64,000 bases of DNA from Podarcis cretensis (Eukaryota). Of this stretch, positions 39,101 through 50,898 are shown piece by piece (position 1 is the first letter of the stretch; each line of letters opens with the position of its first letter). Below the pieces are notes generated by a model that made no database searches, was not told the origin of the DNA, and saw only the letters and a list, made by a program, of their open reading frames with translations. The stretch covers positions 83,328,001 to 83,392,000 of the forward strand of contig OX638149.1 in the NCBI GenBank assembly GCA_951804945.1, in the 5' to 3' direction. A program made the position numbers and the translations under genes.

Positions 39101-42100
39101 CAAAAATGTTTGGGGGGGGGTCATACTGCTTCATTTGCAATCATTGCATGCCCTGTAAATTCCTGTTGAAATCCCGGGTCTCTCTTCATACCATAAATGT
39201 TATGAGTTTTGTTGTTGCTTCATAGGCCCCTCCAGACAGCAATAATGTGGTAACGTCAGGGAAGCACCACAAAGCAACATGAAACCATCACTAGTGCACT
39301 ATTGTGTCAAGAACATGGTACAAAATACACCCGTAATAAAACACTAGCCTGGAGGAGCCTTTGAGCAGTACTATACAGTGGTACCTCTGGATGCGAATGG
39401 GATCCGTTCCGGAGCCCCATTCGCATCCAGAAGCGAGCGCAACCCGCGTCCGCAGGTGCACGGGTCGCTGCTTCCGCGCATGTGCGTGACGTCATTTTGA
39501 CCGCATGCGCGAGCGGCGAAGCCTGGAAGTAACACACTCCATTACTTTTGGGTCACTGCAGCACACAACCCGAAAATACTTATCCCGAAGCTACTTCAAC
39601 CCGAGGTATGACTGTATAGTATCCTGGTTCGTGCTGCTTTGAACTGTGCTGGATACATATTCATCCTGCTAGCCTCTGGATTCTCAGCAGTAGCCAGCAC
39701 AGGACAGAATCCCAGTGTGGCTTTTAGTGTCAGGTGTATTGAAGTCAGCATGGCTGGGAGTTCATCTGTAGGAGTTTTTAAACCATGATACTGGGGGGGA
39801 GTAGTTAGAGCGCTTTGCTCCTCCCCCCAGCCAACCTGCTGTGCTACCTGGAGCTACGCCATGATTTCGCTTAGCATGACATCTAAATGCAGGCTCATGG
39901 TTTCTCTTGATCTAGAGAAGACACAAGCTGTAGCCAAGGTTTGTTCCTGGCTTGCTGCCTGTGGGTTGGGGCAAACCATGAGCTCTGGTTCAGTTGCAGT
40001 GCTAAGCCAAAAGCCATGATTTAGTAGCAGCAGAACAACTGGGGAAGGAGTGAATTGGCTGCATTTTTTTTTTTTTTTACTGTGAACAACTGCTTATACA
40101 TCCATGCTTAGCCATTGTTTGGTTTAGCATTATGTGCAAACCGGGCTATTATTTCCTTAGTACAAGCAATAAGTCCTCTTGGTAAATGAATCATTACCAT
40201 GGTTCCCAGCCTAATTTACCACCAGCACGCCAGACAATTAGCAGGAAACTAAAAGAAACAAAGTATTTTGCCCTTTACCTGTGTTGCCATAGTAACATGG
40301 AGTAGTTTGATCCCTCTCATCATAACAGCATCCAGTCTGGTAACATTCAGCTTGTCCTAGTGAACCTGCACAGGGAATCTTTCCAGATGAAACCTGGCAC
40401 TGCTCCTGGGTTAGAGGAGAACCTGGGAGGGCAAGAAAAGAGCTACAGCGTTATCTGGAGCATGATAAAGTATGCCCTATTAGGACATGTTAAGCCATGT
40501 TAAGCCAGATTTTAAAATAAGCAATAGCTTGATGTGAATGAGTAGTGGGTCAGTCCCCGCAATGAACAAGTGGGAAGCCAAGAACAATTTTTTGTGTGTC
40601 CAATGAATCATTAAAGGAAGTAGAATGCTCTTTTTAAAGGAACTAAAGGTCTCTCCTAGAATCTTATCAGATATTCAGAGGCAGAAATAGATCACATTCT
40701 TCATATACTTGAATCCATGCTTCATCCGTGCCATGTGGTATAAATATAATACAGTTTCCCTGACACTCCATATGCGGAATTAGTATGCAACACTAAATCA
40801 AGAAAGTCGATGATAAATCAATAGTCTGAACTTTATGCAGAACAACTATTACTGTATTCACACAATACCCATCAGTATTATTTACTTAGTTCAGAATGCT
40901 TCTGTTTTACTTAACAGCACAGATCACAGAGTTGTACTTAATGATAACATCGAAAAATGATCACATACCTATACTGTAGAGGCCAGAAGGGTGCATTAGG
41001 CCAGGATAGAGAGGAGGCACTGGTTGCACAAGGCCAGGCTGAGGCTGAGGCAGCGGGTGCAATTGGCCGGGCTGAGGCTGAGGCTGAGGCTGAGGCAGTG
41101 GGCGCACTTGGCCGGGCTGAGGCTGAGGCTGAGGCTGAGGCAGCGGGTGCACTAGGCTGGGCTGAGGCTGAGGCTGAGGCAGCGGGTGCACTTGGCCGGG
41201 CTGAGGCTGAGGCAGCGGGTGCACTAGGCCGGGCTGAGGCTGAGGCAGCGGGCGCACTTGGCCGGGCTGAGGCTGAGGCTGAGGCAGCGGGTGCACTTGG
41301 CCGGGCTGAGGCTGAGGCAGCGGGCGCACTAGGCCAGGCTGAGGCTGAGGCAGCGGGAGCACTAGGCCGGGCTGAGGCTGAGGTTGAGGCTGAGGCAGCG
41401 GGCGCACTAGGCCGGGCTGAGGCTGAGGCTGAGGCAGCGGGCGCACTAGGCCGGGCTGAGGTTGAGGCTGAGGGCGCACTAGGCCGGGCTGAGGCTGAGG
41501 CAGCGGGCGCACTTGGCCGGGCTGAGGCTGAGGCTGAGGCAGCGGGTGCACTTGGCCGGGCTGAGGCTGAGGCAGCGGGCGCACTAGGCCAGGCTGAGGC
41601 TGAGGCAGCGGGAGCACTAGGCCGGGCTGAGGCTGAGGTTGAGGCTGAGGCAGCGGGCGCACTAGGCCGGGCTGAGGCTGAGGCTGAGGCAGCGGGCGCA
41701 CTAGGCCGGGCTGAGGCTGAGGCTGAGGGCGCACTAGGCCGGGCTGAGGCTGAGGTTGAGGCAGGGGGCGCACTTGGCCAGGTGGAGGCAGCGGGCGCAC
41801 TAGGCCGGGCTGAGGTAGTGGGTGCACTTGGCCAGGCTGAGGCTGAGGCAGCGGGTGCACTTGGCCGGGCTGAGGCTGAGGCAGCGGGTGCACTAGGCCG
41901 GGCTGAGGCTGAGGCAGGGGGCGCACTTGGCCGGGCTGAGGCTGAGGCAGGGGGCGCACTTGGCCGGGCTGAGGCTGAGGCTGAGGCAGCGGGTGCACTA
42001 GGCCGGGCTGAGGCTGAGGTTGAGGTAGTGGGTGCACTTGGCCGGGCTGAGGCAGCGGGTGCACTAGGCCGGGCTGAGGCTGAGGCTGAGGTAGTGGGTG

Positions 42101-45100
42101 CACTTGGCCGGGCTGAGGCCGAGGCTGAGGCAGTGGGTGCCCTTGGCCGGGCTGAGGCTGGGGGCGCACTAGGCCGGGCTGAGGCTGAGGCAGGGGGCGC
42201 ACTTGGCTGGGCTGAGGCTGAGGCAGCGGGTGCACTAGGCCGGGCTGAGGCTGAGGTAGTGGGTGCACTTGGCCGGGCTGAGGCTGAGGCAGCGGGTGCA
42301 CTTGGCCGGGCTGAGGCTGAGGCAGGGGGCGCACTAGGCCGGGCTGAGGCTGAGGCTGAGGTAGTGGGTGCACTTGGCCGGGCTGAGGCTGAGGCTGAGG
42401 CTGAGGCAGCGGGTGCACTTGGCCGGGCTGAGGCTGAGGCAGGGGGCGCACTTGGCCGGGCTGGGGCTGGGGCTGGGGCTGGGGCTGGGGCTGTGGCCAT
42501 GGGTGCACTTGGCCAGGCAGCGGGCGCACTTGGCCGGGCTGAGGCTGAGGCAGCGGGCGCACTAGGCCGGGCTGAGGCTGAGGCAGTGGGCGCACTTGGC
42601 CGGGCTGAGGCTGAGGCAGCGGGTGCACTTGGCCGGGCTGAGGCTGAGGTAGTGGGTGCACTTGGCCGGGCTGAGGCTGAGGCAGCGGGTGCACTTGGCC
42701 GGGCTGAGGCTGAGGCAGGGGGCGCACTAGGCCGGGCTGAGGCTGAGGCTGAGGTAGTGGGTGCACTTGGCCGGGCTGAGGCTGAGGCTGAGGCTGAGGC
42801 AGCGGGTGCACTTGGCCGGGCTGAGGCTGAGGCAGGGGGCGCACTTGGCCGGGCTGAGGCAGCGGGCGCACTGGGACGGGCTGAGGCTGAGGCTGAGGCA
42901 GCGGGTGCACTTGGCCGGGCTGGGGCTGGGGCTGGGGCTGGGGCTGGGGCTGTGGCCATGGGTGCACTTGGCCAGGCAGCGGGCGCACTTGGCCGGGCTG
43001 AGGCTGAGGCAGCGGGCGCACTAGGCCGGGCTGAGGCTGAGGCAGTGGGCGCACTTGGCCGGGCTGAGGCAACGGGCGCACTTCACCAGGCTGAGGCTGT
43101 GGCCATGGGTGCACTAGACCAGGCTGAGGCTGTACTTTGCTGGGCTGAGGCTGAGGCTGAGGCTGAGGCTGAGGCAGCGGGCGCACTAGGCTGGGCTGAG
43201 GCTGAGGCAGCGGGCGCACTAGGCCGGGCTGAGGCTGAGGCAGCGGGCGCACTAGGCCGGACTGAGGCTGAGGCAGCGGGCGCACTAGGCCGGGCTGAGG
43301 CTGAGGCAGCGGGTGCACTTGGCCGGGCTGAGGCTGAGGCTGAGGCTGAGGCAGCGGGTGCACTTGGCCAGGATGAGGCTGAGGCAGCGGGTGCACTTGG
43401 CTGGGCTGAGGCTGAGGCTGAGGCTGAGGCAGCGGGTGCACTTGGCCGGGCTGAGGCTGAGGCAGCGGGCGCACTAGGCCGGGCTGAGGCTGAGGCAGTG
43501 GGTGCACTAGGCCGGGCTGAGGCTGAGGCAGTGGGCGCACTTGGCCAGGCTGAGGTTGAGGGAGCGGGCGCACTTGGCCAGGCTGAGGCTGAGGCAGCGG
43601 GTGCACTAGGCCGGGCTGAGGCTGAGGCAGCGGGCGCACTAGGCCGGGCTGAGGCTGAGGCAGGGGGCGCACTAGGCCGGGCTGAGGCTGAGGCAGGGGG
43701 CGCACTTGGCCAGGCTGAGGTTGAGGCAGGGGGCGCACTAGGCCGGGCTGAGGCTGAGGCTGAGGCAGCGGGTGCACTTGGCCAGGATGAGGCTGAGGCA
43801 GCGGGTGCACTTGGCCGGGCTGAGGCTGAGGCAGCGGGCGCACTAGGCCGGGCTGAGGCTGAGGCAGGGGGCGCACTTGGCCAGGCTGAGGTTGAGGCAG
43901 GGGGCGCACTAGGCCGGGCTGAGGCTGAGGCTGAGGCAGCGGGTGCACTTGGCCGGGCTGAGGCTGAGGCAGCGGGTGCACTTGGCCGGGCTGAGGCTGA
44001 GGCTGAGGCAGCGGGTGCACTTGGCCGGGCTGAGGCTGAGGCTGAGGCTGAGGCAGTGGGTGCACTTGGCCGGGCTGAGGCTGAGGCAGCGGGAGCACTA
44101 GGCCGGGCTGAGGCTGAGGCAGTGGGTGCACTTGGCCGGGCTGAGGCAGCGGGCGCACTAGGCCGGGCTGAGGCTGAGGTAGTGGGTGCACTTGGCCGGG
44201 CTGAGGCTGAAGCAGCGGGCGCACTAGGCCGGGCTGAGGCTGAGGCTGAGGCAGTGGGTGCACTTGGCCAGGCTGAGGCTGAGGCAGCGGGCGCACTAAG
44301 CCGGGCTGAGGCTGAGGCAGTGGGCGCACTTCACCAGGCTGAGGCTGTGGCCATGGGTGCACTTGGCCAGGCTGAGGCAGCGGGCGCACTTGGCCGGGCT
44401 GAGGCTGAGGCAGGGGGCGCACTTGGCCAGGCTGAGGCAGCGGGTGCACTAGACCAGGCTGAGGCTGTGGGCGCACTTGGCCGGGCTGAGGCCATGGGTG
44501 CACTATGCCAGGCTGGGGCTGTGGTCGTACTATGCCAGGCTGGGGCTCTGGGTGTATCAGGCCAGGCACTGGATGCTCTAAACCAGGCTGGGGCTTAGGC
44601 TGGGGCTGCGGGCGCAACTGGCCAGGCTGAGGCTGTGGGCGCACTATGCCAGGCTGGGGCTCTGGGCGTATTAGGCCAGGCACTGGACGCTCTCGGTCAG
44701 GCTGGGGCTGAGGTTGTGGGTGCACCTGGCTGGGCCTAGGCTGAGGCAGCGGGAACTCTAGGCCAGGCTGGGAATGAGGCAGAGGGCGCACCACACCAGG
44801 CTGGGGCTGAGGCACATGACGCATGTTGTCCTCTGGTGCTGGGACATATTCTTGTGGCTTGGGGCATATTATGTTGACATCATGGGAGACAACAACTCTT
44901 CTGTTGCTTGTTAGTTCTTCTATCCGGACTTTCAAGTTATTGCTGTTATCCTGCAAGATACATTGAAACAGAATGTTATAGAGTAGTTGCAAGTTTCTGT
45001 CACATTGATGAGTCAGGATGGATATAGAATACTGAGGTTTTAGAGTCAAATACCAATGTACCTGTTACAAGGCATTATCATAGTCTTGCTATGACATATG

Positions 45101-48100
45101 AATCTTGTTTTGATAATAAATATAATAAATACCGACCAAGCTAGTGGACTGGATTGCTAGGTACCAGGTGAGAAGCATCCTCCCAAAACATCTAAAAGCT
45201 CATCTTAAATGTCTATACAACAGAGCTAATTTTCCTGACAGAGGATTTCTGCTGCAGTAGTTGGCCAAGATCGTGGGCAGGATACAACTAAGCGGTGTGC
45301 ATGGCATGAGGTCCAATTACTCAACAGGACTTTCCCTGCTCTCCTTCCCCTCGTGGACCTTGTTTCCCTTGGGCTTCACTGAGTTCTACACCCTGGTTTT
45401 AGGCTGTTCAGTTCTCTACTGCACATGTTGCTATACTTTGGAAGACAATTCTACCCTTTCTTATACTTGGACTTTCTGCATAGCCAGCTATTTGCAAAAT
45501 CACTAAAGCAAAAATCAGAAGTGACTAGGAAACCTGGTGAACCTGTGCCTCTCAAATGTTGCTAGGTTCCAGAGGTAGCTATAAATGTAAAAACTAAACC
45601 CAGCCAGCATGTCTGATGGAAATTGGCAGTCGGGTAACAGGCTCCCTACCCCCAAGTTAGGCCTATTACCTGCCTTACAGCAAGGTTTCCTGAAATTACG
45701 TAATTAGAAGAGTGGGCGACTCAAATCCTTGCACAGTCAAGAAGTTCATGGGCTGACCCTGGGCCAATCACTCCCTCTCAACCTAAAGTACCTTACAGGA
45801 CTGTTGGAAGAACAGAAGGAGCTGGGAAGATCAGCAGCCCCTTTCACATGTGCATCACATGTGAAGGGGACTCATACAGAACAGGGCTACTTCTCTGCCT
45901 TTGGAGTCCATCTGCCCAAGCCGAACATCTGCAAGCAAAAGCTTACATTGCTCTTTTCCCGAGTCCTAGAACCCTAAAGAACCTTTTAACGAGGGTGAAA
46001 GAGAGCGCAAAATATGGTCTGAAGCTCAACATCAAAAAAAACGAAGATCATGGCCACTGGTCCCATCACCTCCTGGCGAATAGAAGGGGAAGAAATGGAG
46101 GCAGTGAGAGATTTTACTTTCCTGGGCTCCATGATCACGGCAGATGGTGACAGCAGTCACGAAATTAAAAGACGCCTGCTCCTTGGGAGAAAGGCAATGG
46201 CAAACCTAGACAGTGTCTTAAAAAGCAGAGACATCACCCTGCCAACAAAGGTCCATATTGTTAAAGCCATGGTTTTCCCAGTAGTGATGTATGGAAGTGA
46301 GAGCTGTACCATCAAGAAGGCTGATCGCCAAATAATTGATGCTTTTGAACTATGGTGCTGGAGGAGACTCTTGAGAGTCCCATGGACTGCAAGAAGATCA
46401 AACCTCTCCATTCTTAAGGAAATCAGCCCTGAGTGCTCACTGGAAGGACAGATCGTGAAGCTGAGACTCCAATACTTTGGCCACCTCATGAGAAGAGAAG
46501 ACTCCCTGGAAAAGACCCTGATGTTGGGAAAGATGGAGGGCACAAGGAGAAGGGGACAACAGAGGACGAGATGGTTGGACAGTGTTCTCGAAGCTACAAA
46601 CATGAGTCTGACCAAATTGCGGGAGGCAGTGGAAGACAGGAGTGCCTGGCGTGCTCTGGTCCATGGGGTCACGAAGAGTTGGACACAACTAAATGACTAA
46701 ACAACAACAGAACCCTAAACATGCTCTCAGAAGGGCTGCTTATACAATTCCCCTGAGGTCTTAAGGGCACAATCCAGATGTCCATATAAAATTATATTGC
46801 GTTATTCAGGATGACAATGTTGGCCATGCAGTATAGGGTTTCCAGGGAAGCCTGCAACACAAAATCCAGAAGAGCCTCACCTTATTTAGTACGTGGCAGC
46901 CACCGTAGCCAGCAGAGAAAGCAATAGCCCCATTAGATGTGATCCAGTGGCGGCAGATTGAGCAATTTGAAACTTCAAAGGCTATCCCAAACTCATCTGT
47001 TGATGAGAGGTTAATGCGTTAGCCACGGAGAGATGCAACAAGAAAACTTATTTGCATTGGTTGAGACTTCTAAAGTTCTTCAGATGTGTGTCCCTTATTA
47101 TCAGTTAGTGCCTGAACCACATAGAAAGAGTGTGAACTTTTCACTTGCTTTGAAATCCAATAATAAGGCCAATTCAAGAGCTATGCCTCCAACAACAGGT
47201 GCTAGACCAGGCACCCCCAAACTCAGCCCTCCAGCTTTTTTGGGACTGCAACTCCCATCATCCCTAGCTAACAGAACCAGTGGTCAGGGATGATGGGAAC
47301 TGTAGTTCCCAAACATTTGGATGGCAGGTTCGGGGATGCCTGTGCTAGACCAACATGCTCATTACTGCTGCAATTATTTCAGTGATTATTCCCCATAGGA
47401 CCAAGGAAAAACATTTTGCAATAGTCAGTTAATATGCCTGTTAACTTGAGAGGGGGCTCTGCTGGAATCCATATGTGCCAACAATTGTAGGCTTAATCAG
47501 ATGCCAGACTAAGGCCACATTCACACCATACATTTAAAGCAGAATCATACTGCTTCCCATCCTCCAAAGACGACTAGGAACTGTAATTAAGTGTGCTGAG
47601 AGTTGTTTGGAGACCCTTCCAGACCTACAGTTCACAGAGTAGTTGATCAATCCCTCTTCACAGAGAACTCTGGAAATTTTAACTCTGGGGGGACTAGGGG
47701 GTACCTTAACAACTCTACATGCCCTTAAACTACAGCTCCCAGGATTCTTTGGGGGAAGAAGCCATGGCTGTTTAAAGTGGCATGCTGCTTCTTTAAATGG
47801 GGAGTGCAGATAGAGCCTAAATTATACTGTGAAGTCTCCTAATTTTTTTAACAAGTAGCACAATTGTCTTAAAACAAGCTCTTTAATAAAGCCTAGTTTG
47901 GGGAGAATGTTTGCAGTTCTTTGAGTTTCTATTCTCGCCACCACACCCTCCAAGCCTTGGCTCTAACCACACGTACAGGAACTGCAACTCTCCCTGTGGC
48001 CTCTCCAGTTTCACAGCTTTGAGCATTTTCTTCAACTAAACTAAGCCTTCTCATTCGAGATATGGATATCCAAAACCATGCAAGAGAAAAGCTGCCATTG

Positions 48101-49123
48101 CCACAAAGCTGTCGCAGCCTACCACAAAGGAGGTGGCTGGCAAGGAGCATCACTCCCAACACAAGGAGTGCGGGGTATTCTGAAGTGCTCCACTGAAGCA
48201 ACACAGATTTAACTACAGCCGAGCAAGGCAGCTGCTGCAGCATTAAAAGAAAAGAAAAAAAAGAGTACTGTGGGATTTAATGGGAGCTAAAGGCCTGCAG
48301 CTTCTATAGCTTGCCAGAAATCTTTTTTCTTGGTCATTTAGACGACCAGAATAAGAGGACAACTACATACCTCTGATTCCCTGTGACCTCTCCTTTGAGA
48401 GGTTACTGAATCCCCTCTCCCTGGCCAGTACTAACAAAGAACATACAGAGACCTGCTGTTTGGCATCCACCTTCCAATGAACCATTCTGCCATAGGTAAG
48501 CATAAAGCAGGGGTCCTACCACTCCAACCTTTTAAGACCCAGAGACACATTTGAGAAGCCAAGGAACTGTTGTGGGCACCACAAAAAAATGCCCATTTCA
48601 CAGAGAAAAGACTGGCAACGCTGGAGAAACTCTCCCCAAAGTGGAAGACACCTACACACACCTCAAAACAAATCAAACAAAAAGGCAGGCAACCATTCCA
48701 CCAGTTAGCCCTTCCAAACCCTCACAATTAAAACATACAAAAATAAATTGAGAGGGGCAGGAGACTTGGCAGACACCAAGGGAGGCACAGTGGGATCCCA
48801 CTGAGGAGCCCAGATAACGTTTCAAGGAGTTCCCTTATATTTCATGCCCCAACAAACACACACACCTGACCCACCCCCCTTCTTTCTAACAGACCAGACT
48901 TATTATTTCTTCAAGAGGAAAGAGAGCCTGCCTTACCCACAACTTTAAAGCGGACATCTCGGCCTGGGCTAGGAAACACAAGCAGCTGCATGCTGTACTC
49001 GCCACAGTTGTAATGATATGGGGAGGGTAAGGAGCCCACCCTCCAAACGTCACCTTGCCCTTGGCACAGCCCCAGAATCAACAAGACTGCTAACCCCCCC
49101 AAATCTCTGAAGCCCCAGTCCAT
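33145..49123 (-). CDS. ZP1: Zona pellucida glycoprotein 1, ~1836 aa; exons 49123-48937, 46996-46881, 44950-40969, 40422-40279, 37679-37495, 37406-37309, 36678-36551, 36460-36271, 36176-36026, 35390-35306, 34566-34444, 33266-33145
   Basis: 12 GT-AG exons total 5511 nt in frame. Domains in order: signal peptide; ZP-N1 ([18 protein letters not shown]...AGYGGCHV); P/Q repeat; trefoil ([10 protein letters not shown]...[18 protein letters not shown]); ZP module ([37 protein letters not shown]); furin site RSRR; TM helix [27 protein letters not shown]. Adjacent to PRPF19 as in mammals. Confidence 0.95.
37036..37170. mobile_element. Short Tc1/mariner-type MITE in ZP1 intron 6
   Basis: TA-CAGTCGTACC ... 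GATACCACTG-TA. Confidence 0.65.
39376..39614. mobile_element. Tc1/mariner-type MITE in ZP1 intron 4
   Basis: TA-CAGTGGTACCTC ... GAGGTATGACTG-TA with a CpG-rich interior. Confidence 0.75.
41030..44815 (-). repeat. Coding minisatellite in ZP1 exon 3: ~33-nt unit with a variable (CAGCCT)n tract, encoding PG(Q/L)V(H/R)PLP(QP)n
   Basis: Read directly. The frame stays open across the array, and the unit-length variation I checked comes in multiples of 3. Confidence 0.97.
45979..46708 (+). mobile_element. RTE-BovB LINE, 5'-truncated, in ZP1 intron 2
   Basis: ORF 46050-46700 with BovB-type C-terminus ([41 protein letters not shown]). (CAA)n tail; TSD AGAACCCTAAA at 45968-45978 and 46709-46719. Confidence 0.95.
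47208..47342. mobile_element. hAT MITE (palindromic)
   Basis: CAGGCACCCCCAAAC ... GTTCGGGGATGCCTG with 8-bp TSD TGCTAGAC. Confidence 0.85.
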
Positions 49124-49204
49124 GGCTGCAGCAACCAAAGAAAAACAGAAGCAGAGCCTTGGCAGCCCCTCCCCATAGGAGGAAAGCTGGTGAGGACGCT
49201 GGCA

Positions 49205-49271
49205 TTATATAGGGTCAGTGGAGGTGGGCTGGCTGAAGCAAGAACTCATCAGGGAGCAGAGCCTGCACCTG
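49205..49271 (-). promoter_or_regulatory. ZP1 core promoter: TATATAA box (49211-49205) and E-box CAGGTG (49271-49266)
   Basis: The TATA box is ~82 nt upstream of an ATG in Kozak context GCAGCCATGG. E-boxes are established regulators (FIGLA) of mammalian ZP promoters. Confidence 0.6.
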
Positions 49272-50689
49272 GGGAGCCACCCGCAGGGAATTAATAGGGG
49301 ACCGGGTCAAAAGTGCAAAACCCGGCCAAAAGAGAAAACGCCTCTGCTCTCCCAATAGTAATCTCTCTTCCACTTGCTATGAATAGACACGAGGCAGCAG
49401 AAATCGAGAAAGACTTGTTTTTCCCCTTTTTTGGAGTCACATTTGTACCCCCCTCTTCATCCAAAAAAGCTCCCAGATCAGCCTTCATACAATCAAAACA
49501 AGACAGTCCCTATACGCCAGCTTGCAAGCCCCACCCCCTCCAAAAAAAACTCCCCAAAAGAAAACACGACATGCAAAGAGAAGGAGACAAGGATGGTTCA
49601 AGTCCTGTGAGCACTTATGTACTTGGGACTCAATCGATCTCACTGAATTTAATGGGTCCTATATCAAGAGTTCCCAGGTGATAGCTGCCCTTTCCTAATT
49701 TTCCATCCACCTGATTGCCCTTCTGTTTTTATCTTTTGCCCCTTGTTCTTCCTTCACCTCTTTCCTTATGCTTCACTCTTCTTTTTGAGATTTCATCCTT
49801 GCCCTTCCTGGCAGGACTCTTGTGTCTTTAAGGGATGTGGGAATGGGGAAGCAGGAGCTTTACCTATACCCCCCCAACCCCCCCCCCCCACATTGGTTAA
49901 AGCTTCTTCTGCTGCACCCCTTACTGTTACACAGCAGATAAAGACAATGGAACCCTGATGGGAAAATAGGTTTGCCAAACCAATTTCATTCTGAGATTCC
50001 CCACCATTTTACACTTCTCCACAGAATGTGGTTTATAATAGGTTTTCAAGTGAAGCTTGGTTCTTTCCCTTGAACACGCACTGCTTGAATCCAAAAGGAA
50101 GTACTGTCATCAAATGTGCTGAGTCTGCTGTGTTTTCTGATTGTTTGAGATGTCCTCCTTTCATTCATTCCTGTTGTAGTTCTATTAACCGATAGTCCTT
50201 GTTTTGCCTTTGGGAACATTCCTGGAACCAGTGATGTGCCTCTGCTATGGAAATGGCACTGCAGAAGGCAGGGATGTTGTCTGGTCCTTAAAACACTTAG
50301 GACAGAGTCTCACAACACAAATCTGAACAATATTGGCATATACTAATTTATATGTACAGATGCAGATTTAGACTGGTTTTCAGAGCCTCTCTATAACCAA
50401 CATAATTTTTTTAAGTTTTAATAAAAATGTGTGTGTTTGTGTGAGAAATGTGAAGCCCCCTGAACCGCTCCCTAACAATACCCTGGCATTAATTAAACTC
50501 TTTTAATTATTCACATTTTCATAGAATTGTAGAGTTGGAAGGGACCCTGAGGGTCATCTAGCCCAACCCCCTGCAGTGCAGGAATCTCGGCTAAAGCATC
50601 CATGGCAGATGGCCTCCAACTTCTGCTTTAAAACCTCTCTACCAGTCTTGTCCTTTAAAAGCAATGCCAATGCATACTTAGACAAAATA

Positions 50690-50898
50690 CAGTGGTACCT
50701 CGGGTTACATACGCTTCAGGTTACAGACTCTGCTAACCCAGAAATAATACCTCAGGTTAAGAACTTTGCTTCAGGATGAGAACAGAAATTGTGTTCCAGC
50801 GGCACGGCGGCAGTAGGAGGCCCCATTAGCTAAAGTGGTGCATCAGGTTAAGAACGGACCTCCGGAACGAATTAAGTACTTAACCCGAGGTACCACTG
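50690..50898. mobile_element. Tc1/mariner-type MITE
   Basis: TA-CAGTGGTACCTCGGGTTA ... TAACCCGAGGTACCACTG-TA. Confidence 0.9.

Noticed and set aside
40957-44598. 1213-aa plus-strand Ala/Glu/Gly-rich ORF, and the 673-aa Ala/Ser/Pro ORF in another minus-strand frame
   Set aside because: These are shadow frames of the ZP1 minisatellite, whose unit lacks stops in those frames. Only the P/Q frame splices in frame to ZP-N1 and the trefoil.
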